A DNA stretch of 64,000 nucleotides from Eledone cirrhosa (lineage: Eukaryota): NCBI GenBank assembly GCA_964016885.1, contig OZ024743.1:128464001-128528000 (forward strand). The letters are read 5' to 3'. The number at the start of each line of letters is the position of its first letter. Within the stretch, counting starts at the first letter, position 1. Under the pieces are notes generated by a model that had not been told where the DNA came from, did no database searches, and saw nothing but the letters and a program-made list of their open reading frames with translations. Shown piece after piece: positions 27,021 to 39,918 of this stretch. The translations under genes were made by a program, and so were the position numbers.

Positions 27021-28418
27021 GGTGTTTGTTCTTAGGCATCTCCAAGAGAAGTGCCAAGAGCAAAATAAAGGGCTGTAGGTGGCATTCAATGACTTGACTA
27101 AAGCATTTGATACAGTGAGCAGAAAAGGGATGAGGCACATCATGGAATGACTCGACTGTCCCCCACAGTTCCTGAACATGGCCACACCGGTCTTTGTGTT
27201 GCTGGATGACCAAGTCAGACTCAGCAGTGACCTCTCAGAGCCCTTTCTGCTCATCAACTGAGTGAAGCAGGGTAGCATCCTGGCACCAACTCTCTTCACC
27301 ATGATGCTCAAGCAGGCCACAGAGGATCTTGATGATGAGGACAGAGTCGACATCAAATACCATTTTGATGGCAGTCTGTTTAATCTTCGTTGACTACAGG
27401 CCCACATGAAGACCCTGGAGCAACTGATCTTAGACCTCCTCCTTGCCGACGATGCTGCTCTTGTTGCCCACACAGAAAGAGGCTTGCAGCACATCACTTC
27501 CTGCTTTGCAGAAGCTGCCCAGCTCTTTGTGCTGGAAGTAAGCTTGAAGAAGATGTAGGTACTCCACTAACCTGCACCTCAGGAAAAATACCACCCTCCC
27601 CATATCACCATTGGTTAGACTGAACTGAAAACAGTCCATCTGTTCACCTGCCTGGGATGCTCCACCACATCAGATACCAAGATCAAGAGGAAAATCAGCA
27701 ACCAGTTGACAAAGGTAAGCAGTGCATTTGGCAGACTGTACAAATGTGTGTGGAACAATAAATACTTGAAGAAGGGTACCAAGGTCAGAGTGTACAGAGC
27801 CATAGTCCTTACCACCCTCCTATATGGCTCAGAGTCATGGTTCACTTATCGCCACCATCTTCGACTCCTCAAGCGCTTCCACCAGCACTGCCTCCATGCC
27901 ATCCTCAACATACACTGGAGAGACTTTGTCATCAATGTTGAAGTCCTTCAATGGGTGAATGTCACCAGCATTGAGGTCATATTGCTGAAGTCCCAACTAT
28001 GCTGGGCAGGGCACGTCTTCAGGATGAAGGATCATCACCTACTCAGGATCACACTCTATGGCAAACTCCCCACTGGTCATCATGACAGGGGGCACCAAGG
28101 AAGCAATATAAGGACTGTTTGAAAAAATCCCTTGGCCCCTGTCACATTGACCATCGCTGGTGGTCCACCTTAGCTGAGAAGTATGATGCTTGGCATCTCA
28201 ACCACGCTGTCTCCTTCTAAAACACCCACAAGCCACCTTCAAGGAAAAAGGAACAGGGGGAAGAACCACAACACCAAGTCATCAAACCCTGACCAGACAT
28301 TCAACTGCAGCCACGCCTGCCTGTCCTGCATTGGCCTGAGTGGCAACAGGTGTGCCTGCAATCAATGTGGACCATGCCCTTCATAATCTTTGTTTGCGAT
28401 GCCAAGCCATGATGATAA
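27021..28418 (+). mobile_element. 5'-truncated RTE-BovB-like LINE (decayed RT, C-terminal zinc finger remnant)
   Basis: LRHLQEKCQEQ, DLTKAFDTVSR, VKQGSILAPTLF, LADDAAL, LLYGSESW. Tail gccaagcc(atg)n. 19-bp TSD with one mismatch at 27002-27020 and 28419-28437. Confidence 0.92.
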
Positions 28419-28614
28419 TAAATCCTTTTGACATAATAAACACAAAGGCTTTAAAAGTTAATTAAAAAGATACAAAACAACAAACACACATCAAAACATC
28501 ATTGTTGTGAGCATATATTGGTTTTATGACAAATCTGGACACCAAGCATAAGTCAAACTCTAGATGCCTTTTACATGAGATATTTGCACTCAATATATAA
28601 TATTTGTGCCACAT

Positions 28615-28647
<33 letters not shown>

Positions 28648-28871
28648 CAACGATGACTTTGACAGTGATGTTCATGATTATTATGATGCGATGATGATGA
28701 TAAGGAGGTGGAGGATAACCATGGTGATCAAATAACATTACTTTCATAAGGTTAGGCTGGCCATCAATCATCCAGTTGCAAATAATAGTAAAGTATTTTT
28801 GTGTGCCCCCCCCCCCCTGCATTTGCTGGGAATGAGTGAGAATTCTATAGTGAGGATGAGTAAGAGATAGA

Positions 28872-29762
28872 ACTCTTGACACTCTATATCCCCAACATTA
28901 ACCCTTTAGTATTCAAACCGGCTATATCCGGCCAGAAATGTCTCACCTCTTTTTGTTCAAACTGGCTGTAACTGGCCACTCATACTGACGTTGAGGTATT
29001 GTTCTCAAAATAAATAACATCAAAATCTCATAGATTCATTATTATGTAAAGTAATTATATAAGATAAAGTATTTACTACAAAAATACAATAGTATATAGA
29101 GAGTAATGTGAATGCTAAAGGGTTAAACCCTTAACATTCTATATATCCCCAACATTAAACCCCTTCAGACTCTCTATATCCCCAACATTAAACCCTTAAC
29201 ACACTCTATATCCCCAACATTAAACCCCTTCAAACTCTCTATATCCCCAACATTGAACCCCTTCAAACTCTATCTCCCCAACATTAAACCCTTAACACTC
29301 ACTATATCCCCAACATTAAACCCTTAACACTCACTATATCCCCAACATTAAACCCTTAACACTCACTATATCCCCAACATCAAACCCTTAACACTCACTA
29401 TATCCCCAACATTAAACCCTTAACACTCACTATATCCCCAACATCAAACCCTTAACACTCTATATCCCCAACATTAAACCCTTAACACTCTCTATATCCC
29501 CAACATTAAACCCTTAACACTCACTATATCCCCAACATTAAACCCTTAACACTCACTATATCCCCAACATTAAACCCTTAACACTCACTATATCCCCAAC
29601 ATTAAACCCTTAACACTCACTATATCCCCAACATTAAACCCTTAACACTCTCTATATCCCCAACATTAAACCCTTAACACTCACTATATCCCCAACATTA
29701 AACCCTTAACACTCTCTATATCCCCAACATTAAACCCTTAACACTCACTATATCCCCAACAC
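28872..29762. repeat. 32-bp minisatellite (~20 copies)
   Basis: Unit attaaacccttaacactcactatatccccaac; period 32 (29283 vs 29315). Confidence 0.95.
28902..29122. mobile_element. M1 MITE inserted in the first minisatellite unit
   Basis: TTAA at 28898-28901 and 29123-29126; reverse orientation relative to the 1685 copy. Confidence 0.85.
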
Positions 29763-31345
29763 AGAATCACTAGAGAGGAGAGAGAGTAACAGAGGGACAC
29801 TAAAGTTTAATACCAGTTGAGAAGGGTATTGGAACTCCCAAAGCAACTTATGCTGTAGAGATGAAATAGATGGGAATGATGGTGGTGGTAATGTCAAGTA
29901 GAACAAAGATACTGATGAGTAATAACACTAATGACAGTGATGATGATGATGTAAACAATATGAGGAGGATAATGAGAATGATGATGGAAACATGAAAAAC
30001 AATTTACATACTCAAATCTGATTACAGTTACATATACACATATAAACATGCTGACATAGAAATATGTACACATATCCTCAGTTTTCTTATACATGCACAC
30101 ACAGAAACACACACACACGTAAATACAAACATGCACAGGCAAATATACACACACGCACACATCACACACATTTTCAGTTACATCTGAAATATTAAGGCTC
30201 TAGATATCAATAGAAATAGAAATAAATAAAGAAAAGAAAAATAGAGAAAATAACAACACTGATGCACAAAAATAAGAAATGCAACTTGCTGCAGACTTAC
30301 AAATAGCAAAAAATTTAGCACAAAAACAAAAACAGCAGTTTAAAAATATTAATAATAAAAAGTGTTGTATGGATGACTCATTATGTAAAAGTGTTTATCA
30401 ACCAACTAATCAGAAACAGGATACATATTATATGTGGACATTCATTTATTTAGGCTCAATTTTTTTATTTTTTTTTTTATATGTTTAGTTTTAACAACTG
30501 AATTTCTAGGGAATGTCACAATAATCTAGCAACAATGGACACCATGACATTTCAATGAAGGAATTGTAAAAATTCAATTAACTTATTTTTTATTCACCAC
30601 CTCTGCAACTCCAGAAATCATCATCATTGTTGTTTTAACATCTGCTTTCCCTGCTATCAAGGGTTAGACAGGTCTATATAGACCAAGTCTGTACTGAAGC
30701 AGAGCCACTGATCTCCCAAGCAACAAGGGATCTGTGTCTCGCTTATGTACCGTCTTACGTACCATCAAGTGCTCAGGAGAGTTTGACATGCCTTTGACAC
30801 AAGTGAGGGTCCTCCCAACCCTTTGACAAGATTTCTACAGTTGGATACCCTTCCTATCACAAACCACTTTACTGGGTGAGTTTATTGTGTAGATCACCAA
30901 CACTAGGGAGGGTGTCATGTCCATGACACCACTGAAGGGTCCTCCTGACCCTTTGTTTGTTTTCTTGGCAAGGTCTTCCTATCACCAACCTCCTCACGAG
31001 GAGAGGGGGGCTAAACAAGAAATGCGTGTGTGAGGGGATTGAAGTAGTGTAGTTGAGAGTAACTGTTAGGGAATGCTAGTGGAAGAGGGTAGATCAAGTA
31101 ACATTGTAAGCTGAAGGCTGGGTCTTCTTCAGAACTATGTAGTGCCAGCCCTTGTGGTCTTTAATAATTTCTGTTGAAAGGCTTTGCTTTCTAAGGCCAG
31201 TCTTTACAAACTCTTGGTCTGCCAGTTCCACATGAAGAATTGATAGCCATATATTTTTTCTTGTTTCAGTCAGACAGTGGCCATGCTTAGTCAATCATAT
31301 CAATTGCAGTAGTTACCTTTTTGCCAACATGTGTTGGCATTATGA

Positions 31346-31533
31346 TGGCGGTGGATTGGCAGTATCGGTAGAGGGTCGGACGCCATGCTTTCCAGCATAG
31401 TTACGTCCCTTTACGATCTGAGTTCAAATCCCGCCGAGGTTAACTTTGCCTTTCATCCTTACGGGGTCGATAAAATAAAGTATCAGTAATGCACTGGGCA
31501 ATTGCTGGCCTTGTGCCTAAAGTAGATACAATT
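31346..31533 (+). mobile_element. Full-length family A SINE (reference copy)
   Basis: ggcggtggattggcagtatcggtaga (A box), gagttcaaatcc (B box), central core, gtagatacaatta tail. Confidence 0.9.
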
Positions 31534-31979
31534 ATGATAGCATCGAACCATAGAATTCCACCTCAAACATCTAGTCTACCCTATGCCAGCATGGAAAATC
31601 TGCTGTAAAAATGATGAATGAAAAAAAACTGCAGTGTGGAAGCGAATCTACCCTTTGTTAAGTATAGAAGTTAAGTTTGAGTTAACAATAAACTCATTGA
31701 AGGATATAAGTGCAACCTACTTTTCATTAGCTATGCTGAGGGTGTAGAGAGTGTATTTTTTATATACCCCATTCTACCAAAATCATATCTCCCCTCCTCT
31801 TTAATAATTGCCACCACCACAATCTGTCAACACCAAAATAACATTACAGCTTATCTATGTATGTATACATACACACAAATTATATATATGTGTGTGTGTG
31901 TATATACATATACATACAGTGAACCTGATATAACTGTAGTTTTTGTAGTCCTGTGTTTGTTTTGTTTTGTTCCATTTAT

Positions 31980-32049
<70 letters not shown>

Positions 32050-32052
<3 letters not shown>

Positions 32053-32958
32053 CATTTTTGAATTTGTTTTGTGAGATTTCTTATCTGAAAACGTGTGTTG
32101 AAACAGATATTCTAATACTTTGGGAGAGCCATGCTGCCAATAAAAACACACACATTTGTTAGTTTTCACATTTTCACAAAAAACCTAATTAACAAAACAT
32201 ACCCATTTCAAAGATTCCCCTGTACTGATAGCTTGCAGACTATGCATTTCCTAAGCCCGCAAACTAACTGCAAAACTAGGAACGTAGTATATAGCATAAG
32301 ATGTACTGAGGGACAGTGTAGGAATAAGAATATAACATACATAGGTGAAACAGCCCGTAGCATAGGAGAAAGAATAAGTGAACACTGGCGAGAACTCCAG
32401 GATGGGAAAAACTCACAGTACTCCACCAACATGCCAAAATAGAACATAGGGGCACATTAGAGAACATAGAGATAAAAATTATATCCACACACAGAAAAGA
32501 TGCAATGCTCAGAGGCAACATCACAGAGCCAACAAATATAAACATCTTCAACCAAAATTAAACAGAAAACATGAGTGGAATAGCAACAACATCACAACTA
32601 GTAATTAAGGACAAAATGCAGACATACAGACACACACAAAAACCAAACTAACAAAACAGACACACAGATAGAACAAACAATCAGCTAGTGAAAAGTAAAT
32701 ACACCTAGATGTAAAGCATGCGCAAATTAAGCACACAACACACAAAAACAAGATGGCGTAGGACAGAACAAAAGAGAGACACAAAATAAAAACATAGTCA
32801 CTGAGGAATCACAGAATGTGTGACAAAAGAGTTTTGACAATATCTAAACAACTTTCCAGTTATAAAACCAACCAACCAACCGGAAACTTATAATAAATTG
32901 AAGTGAAAACCAACAGGTGCGTGTATTTTTATTGGCAGCATGACCCTCCCTATAACAA
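32050..32958 (+). mobile_element. Penelope-like element remnant (GIY-YIG endonuclease, 3' pLTR, inverted terminal copy)
   Basis: NCKTRNVVYSIRC...YIGETARSIGERISEH. Segment 32120-32173 is an inverted copy of 32900-32951. Flanked by (TA)n. Confidence 0.85.
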
Positions 32959-34099
32959 TATATATATATATTCATGAGTGAATATTAATAATATTAAGAT
33001 TTATTTTTTGGGGGTTGTTTTGGAAGCCTCAACAATGCAGATGGGTTAATCTCCGGGTAACAGAATCCGGTGGTGAAGAGAGAGATGTAAGGGAATGTAG
33101 AATGAGATGTAGTGTGTAGAGGAACATAGGAAAGAGCGTAAAAAATAAAAATAATAACATGAGATAGAGTTACCTTGGGAGAGATTTAATTGTCCCTATA
33201 TTTCGGATTCGCATCCATCAACTGTGGGGTTTTCCGGGAGGGGGGAGTTATCTGTCGGAGAGAACGGTACGTGTCTTCTGCTGTCCGCTGTTTGTGACTA
33301 ACTCTAATTCTTTCATCCTTACGGGGTCGATAAAATAAAGTAGCAGTAATACACTGGGTTAATTGCTGGCATTGGGCCAAAAGTAGAAACAATTATTAAT
33401 ATTCAGTTTGTTTACAAGTAAACAGCCTCATAAAACACCATGTGGTAGATGACAACGTCATCCTTTTGTTCCAGTGGTAGCTGGGAGAAAACAATCAACA
33501 ATTGACAATTATTTCGGAGTGTCTAGATTGTGTATTCTGCTCGTTAGCTACCATCTGGAAATGCTGAGAGTACATAGTACTCTCAAATCTATACATCGAC
33601 TGATTAGCCACATTTGCATACAAAGTAATTTTACAGCTTGCTTTGCCAATAATTAAAAAAAACAAAATTTTATTTTGCCCTTAATATGATAGATACCTGA
33701 ATATATTCATGAGTGTAAACAAATTTGGTTTTTAATTGTTGGTGTAAAAGGATGCCTGAGACTGAGGCGTTGAGTAGAGTATGCATATAAATCTCTCTTT
33801 AGAAGTGTGGACCGTATTATCTTTACACCTGTTGACGAGCCCTGAGAGGTTATGGTACCGACACTGTTTATGAGTTTGCCCAGGTGTTTTGTAGTTATAA
33901 AGGTGGGTCTGTACATTTTAATTTACCCTTTTAATTATTATGTATTTTCCACACTTTTTGTAGACTTTATGCTTTTCACTCTAGTGGTTCTATACAACTC
34001 GCAATTGAAAACACACCTTTTTGTGTTTTCTTCTCTATATACTGTATTATGAAGAGCCCGGTACTTATTCCTTGAGCTCATTAAATTACAGGGGATTAA

Positions 34100-34184
34100 C
34101 ATACATATACACACACATATATACATATACACACACATATATATATACATGCATATACACACACATATATATATACATATACAC

Positions 34185-34216
<32 letters not shown>

Positions 34217-34430
34217 ATATATATATACATATATATACATATATACATATATATATACATATATACATATATACATATACATATATACATATATACATAT
34301 ACATATATACATATATATATATATACATACATATACACACACATATATATATATATATATACATATATACATATATATATATATACATACATATACACAC
34401 ACATATATATATATATATATACATACATAT

Positions 34431-34479
<49 letters not shown>

Positions 34480-34522
34480 CATATACATATATAGAGATAG
34501 ATATATATACATATACACACAC

Positions 34523-34557
<35 letters not shown>

Positions 34558-34655
34558 GATATATATATATATATAATGTGTGTGTGTATATGTATATATA
34601 TATAGATATATATATACATATACACACACACACACATATATATATATATACACAT
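34100..34655. repeat. (TA)n/(CATA)n microsatellite
   Basis: Seen directly; continues between insertions to ~39490. Confidence 0.95.
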
Positions 34656-35007
34656 ATCATCATCATCATCATCATCATTTCATTTTACGTCCGCTTTTCC
34701 CTGCTTGCAAGGGTGGGACGGGAACTGATTCTGGCTTGATTTCTACAGCTGGATGCCCTTCCTAACACCAACCACATTTACAGTGAGTGCTGGGTGCTTT
34801 TTTGACGTGGCACCTCCACGACCACTTTGCAGTGGAATGATATGGACCCCAATCCCTATCATCTCATTTCTACAGCTGAGTAAACTGGAGCAATGTGAAA
34901 TAAAGTGTCTTGCTCAAGGAAACAACACATCACCAGGTCTAAGAATTGAACTCACAACCTTTCGATTGCAAGGCCAATGCTCTAACCACTAAGCCATGTG
35001 CCTCCAC
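34656..35007 (-). mobile_element. SINE family B
   Basis: Near-identical to 11654-11984 and 59617-59959. Confidence 0.92.
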
Positions 35008-35147
35008 ATATATATATATATATATATACATATACACATATATATATACATATACACACACATATATATATATAAATACATATACACACACATATATATA
35101 TATATATATACATACATATACACACACATATATATATACATACATAT

Positions 35148-35196
<49 letters not shown>

Positions 35197-35229
35197 CACA
35201 CACATATATATATATACATACACCCACAT

Positions 35230-37744
35230 ATCATCATCATCATCATCATCATCATTTTACGTCCGCTCTTCCCTGCTTGCAAGGGTGCAACGGGTCCTAT
35301 TCAGCACAGCATCTCTGCACTTGTCACGCTCCTTCATCATCTCCACCGTGAGCTTCAACGATCTGAGGTCTGTTCTCACCACCTCCGCCCATGTTTTTCG
35401 TGGTCTACTTCTACCACGTCTTCCTTCAACTGGCATTTCCTGGCACTTCTTCACCCATCGGTCATCCTCCATGTGCATCACATGCCCATACCACCTCAGT
35501 CTCCTCTCTCGCACACTACATTCTATCCCTCTCAGACACAGTTTCTCTCTCAACACATTCATGCTGGGTCGTTCACGCACATTGACACTGCACATCCAAC
35601 GGAGCATGCTTGCTTCATTTCTCTCCAGCCGTCGCATATCCTCTGCAGTTGCTGCCCATGTCTCACTACCATGCAGCATCGCGCTCCTCACACAGGCATC
35701 ATATAACCGACCTTTCGTACGCAGGGAGAAACCCATCTTCGTCAGCAGAGGAAGCAGCTCCCTAAACTTCTTCCAACCCGTCCTTATTCTTGATACTATG
35801 GCCTCGGAACACCCCCTTCCCATGCTAATCTGATCTCCTAGGTACCGGAAGCTATCCACCACTTCTATAGCACCCACCTGCATTTGAGAAATGTGTTTAT
35901 CAATGCGACTTCTACTGTCTAATTTCCCTATACATCTACTGATACGAATTTCTCCCTACCTGTTAGTTTGCCTGCTATCCCGCTACATCTCTTGTGTACC
36001 CAGGATCTGCATTGTGTGCATTTTATAGAATTTATGCCAGTTCCTTTTCTGCATATCGAACATGGCCATTTCCCTGACGGAATCAGAGTTTTGTCCTCTT
36101 TTCTACTCATCAACACTTTTGTCTTAGCTAGGTTCACTCTCAGTCCTCTTGCTTCCAACTGCTGTTTCCATAGCCAGAATTTATTCTCTAGCTCCTCTAC
36201 TGATTCTGCTATAAGAACCAGATCGTCAGCATAGAGAAGTTCCCATGGACAGCCAGTCTTAAACTCCTCTGTTATGGCTTGGAGGACTATAATGAACAAG
36301 AGCGGGCTGAGGACCGAACCTTGATGTACTCCTACTTGTATCTGGAATTCCTCACTAAACTCCATTTCTACCCTGACTTTACTGACAGCACCTCTGTACA
36401 AAGTTTGCAGTCCTCACAAGCCATTCCTCAACACCTAGCTTCCTTAGGGATCACCAGATGACAGATCGGGGTACCCTATCAAAGGCCTTCTCTAGGTCAA
36501 CAAAGGCTAAGTATAGTGGCTTATTTTTCTCTAAGAACCTCTCTTGTAATTGTCTCACCAAAAAGAGGGCATCTGTTGTACTCTTCCCAGGCACAAAACC
36601 AAACTGCATCTCATCTAGTTTGACCCTTTCTCTAATTAGTTGTGCTAATATCCTTTCTGCCACTTTCATAACCTGATCCATCAGTTTTATACCCCTATAA
36701 TTGCTCCTCTCCAGAGCATCCCCTTTAGCTTTATAGCAATTTATGAGAATACTGCTGCACCAGTCTTTCGGTATGACACCACGATATATAGCCTGATTGA
36801 TGATGCGTGCAACCAGTTTAGTGCCTACGTCCCCTGATGCCTTCAGCATCTCAGCAACTATCCCCGATGGTCCAGCAGCCTTACCATTTTTCATTTCCTT
36901 AATCGCCTCTTGGACCCTATATTCTTCAATCTCAATAGCTGGTCCCTCTGTTGGATCTACTGAGGGTAATTTCTCTCTCTCCCATTCGTTCTCCACATTC
37001 ATCAGTCTCTCATAATGACATTTCCAGGCCTCCTTTTTCTGATCATTCGTGACACTAAGTACACTGGCATCATTCCGGACACATTTATCTCCAACAACAT
37101 CCTGATTTGCATTGACACACTGCCTTGCAATGTGGAACACCGCATGCCTCTGATCTTCCTGTCGCAGAATATTGGCGAACCTTCTACTCTCCGCCTCCCT
37201 GCGTGCTAAGTACACTTGACGTCTAGCTTCTCTCTTAGTGGCTGTATATCCTTCCCTACTCCCACCCTTTTTCCAAGCCTTCCATGCTAGTCTTTTGTCT
37301 CTAATAGCCTTATCTACCGTGCTGTTCCACCACCAGGTCACTCTCTGTCTGGTTGGAGCTCTGCTCTAGCCACAAGTTTCATCAGTAGCCTGCAGCAAGT
37401 TGTCACGTAAGAAATTCCAGTTATTATCTATGTCATACGTCTCTAAATCGACTTCTTTTTCGTCATATACATCTTGAAGGGCTTTCCTAAATTTGTATTT
37501 TAGTGAAAGGTCTTTTAGCTTCCAGGCCTTTCTTCTCCACACCTTCCTGTATGTCTCATTCCATCTCTTGTTTACTGAGATATCACTAACGACTAACCTA
37601 TGCTGTGGGATACATTCTTCCCCAGGGTATGCCTTGGTATTAGACACTATCTGACGGTCCCGCTGCCTAACTAGTAAGAAGTCAATCTGGCTAATGTGCT
37701 CCAGTGTAACCATCCTGGAGCTGTCCAACATGACCATTGCAGTC
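35230..37744 (-). mobile_element. 5'-truncated RTE-clade LINE (end of APE domain, RT with inserted PHD finger), frameshifted
   Basis: NGHVG and SQIDFLLV..QHRLVV (APE); FVDLEKAFDRVPR, GVHQGSVLSPLLF, LLYADDL (36222-36233), FRYLG, LHGSETW; (ATG)n tail. Confidence 0.95.
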
Positions 37745-37952
37745 ATATATATATACATACATGTATATACATAGAGAGATATATATACATACACACACAC
37801 ATATATATATACATACACACACACACACATATATATACATACATATACACACATATTTATATATATACATACATATACACACATATATATATACATGCAT
37901 ACATATACACACACACATATATATATATACGTACATACATATACACACATAT

Positions 37953-38560
37953 GGTGGCTGCCAACTCGTTTTCGAGTACGGCCACTACTTTATACCCATG
38001 TAGGAGAACCCCTACCGATGCGCTGAACGAGTGTGACTTTTTAGTCCAGCCAGCGACTTGAAAACTCTAGTACAAAGACTACACTTGTGACCATTATTGA
38101 CACATAGTGCAGGGCCCATGGTACCATGTGATGACAAGTGCAGAGAGATCTCCAGATATAAAGCAATGCCTGTGCCGTGAAGCTTTTATAGTGAGCAAAG
38201 GCACTGCACAAAGCCAGTCCCACTCTCTTAACCAAGATGATATTTACCAAAAAGAAGAACAAGTCAACATCATTGGATACCATCAGGGTTGCAGGTGTTA
38301 TATCAGAGTTTTCCTTCTCCTAGAATTCTGCCTTGACAAAGGCTAAGGGGTCATCTCTCCCGGTGATTTTGGATGGCCATTGACTCTTAAGAGCTCCCTT
38401 GCCCTTTGACAGGTTTTGTTTTTAGTCCTGCAGGATGTCCAAAGTCACCCTCCTCACCAAGAAACCTTGGTGGGGTTGCCAGTTTAGTCGCCAACGACCC
38501 GACCATGAGACAGGTTGTACTGGGATACATGTTACCAGTAGCACCAACTGGTGACCTGAC
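37953..38560 (-). mobile_element. Bipartite non-autonomous RTE-derived retroelement
   Basis: 5' part has ctaggagaaggaaaactc, a motif I recall from RTE-type 5' UTRs. 3' part encodes [22 protein letters not shown] then a stem-loop and (TA)n. Second copy at 54772-55074. Confidence 0.7.
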
Positions 38561-38859
38561 ATATATATATACATACATACATATACACATATATATATTT
38601 ATATACATGTACACACACATATATATACATACATATACACACATATATATATATAAATACATACATATGCACACATATATATATATACATACATACACAC
38701 ACATACACATACATACATATAGACATACATATACATATATACAGACACATATATATATATATATATATACATACATATACACACACATATATATATACAT
38801 ACATACACACACACACATATATATATATATACATATATACATACATACATATATATATA

Positions 38860-39080
38860 AGGAACGATTGACTTTCGTCAAATCGGACTGAGGAAACAAT
38901 GTTTCCGTTGGTCTTTCCAGTTGCTAGTACTATCTATCGGTCGCAACTCCAGGTAGAAGGAGCAACGTGAAATAAAGTGTCTTGCTCAAGGACATAACGC
39001 ATCACCCGGTCCAGGAATCGAACTCACAACCTCAAGATTGTGAATCCAATTCTCTAACCACCCAGCCATACGCCTTCACA
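38860..39080 (-). mobile_element. tRNA-derived CORE-like SINE with a different tail
   Basis: tggctgggtgg / gagttcgattcc boxes and the ccttgagcaagacactttatttcac body. Confidence 0.75.
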
Positions 39081-39130
39081 AATACATATATACATACATA
39101 TACACACATATATATATATATATATATATA

Positions 39131-39216
39131 CATAGTGAAAAATTGAACGGGAACAAAACAGAGAGGCAGTATGAACAAAGGTTTATTAATTTCACGCTCT
39201 TGAGAGTGGGGTGGTG
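39131..39216 (-). mobile_element. Isolated 3' terminus of the Neptune-like PLE family
   Basis: Closely similar to 61771-61856, with the same junction to (TA)n. Confidence 0.8.
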
Positions 39217-39290
39217 ATATATATATACATACATATACATATATATATACATATATATATACATATATATACATATATACATATATATAC

Positions 39291-39338
<48 letters not shown>

Positions 39339-39347
39339 TTATACATA

Positions 39348-39380
<33 letters not shown>

Positions 39381-39387
39381 TTATACA

Positions 39388-39439
<52 letters not shown>

Positions 39440-39451
39440 CATATATATAAT

Positions 39452-39494
<43 letters not shown>

Positions 39495-39533
39495 GATATT
39501 AATAAATGGAAACTATATTTATAAAACCATATT

Positions 39534-39598
39534 TATTTCATTATACATATTTCAGGGATACCAAATTAAATTATGGTATGCCTTCATCAGACAAAATA
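39534..39598 (-). ncRNA. Type I hammerhead ribozyme (inverted copy)
   Basis: Exact reverse complement of 39854-39918. Confidence 0.75.
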
Positions 39599-39853
39599 CA
39601 ATATATAACAGTTTTACAAATAAGCTTTGACGTACCCTTTTAAAATGCAACCATTATTTTTGGAAGCCATCTGGATAGTGAATTGTTTATATTATTTTAG
39701 GACAATTAGAAAAAGACATCTTTTTCTAATTGTCCTTAACACTAAGACTTATTAAAATAATATAAACAATTCACTATCCAGATGGCTTCCAAAAATAATG
39801 GTTGCATTTTAAAAGGGTACGTCAAAGCTTATTTGTAAAACTGTTATATATTG

Positions 39854-39918
39854 TATTTTGTCTGATGAAGGCATACCATAATTTAATTTGGTATCCCTGA
39901 AATATGTATAATGAAATA
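39854..39918 (+). ncRNA. Type I hammerhead ribozyme
   Basis: Stem I tattttgt/atgaaata; CUGAUGA at 39862-39868; stem II aggcatacca/tggtatccct; GAAA at 39899-39902; self-complementary stem III ATATGTAT; AUA triplet with predicted cut after 39910. Confidence 0.75.

Noticed and set aside
33826-33886. cacctg-ttgacga-gccc...gacac...caggtg decayed hammerhead candidate
   Set aside because: Both core boxes mismatch and stem II is poor.
34940-35007. tRNA gene-like A/B boxes here and in other SINE heads
   Set aside because: No complete cloverleaf, and contiguous with a SINE body and LINE tail.
38865-38910. ctgagga and minus-strand gac-gaaa motifs
   Set aside because: They are on opposite strands and lie in a SINE tail; they cannot form one core.
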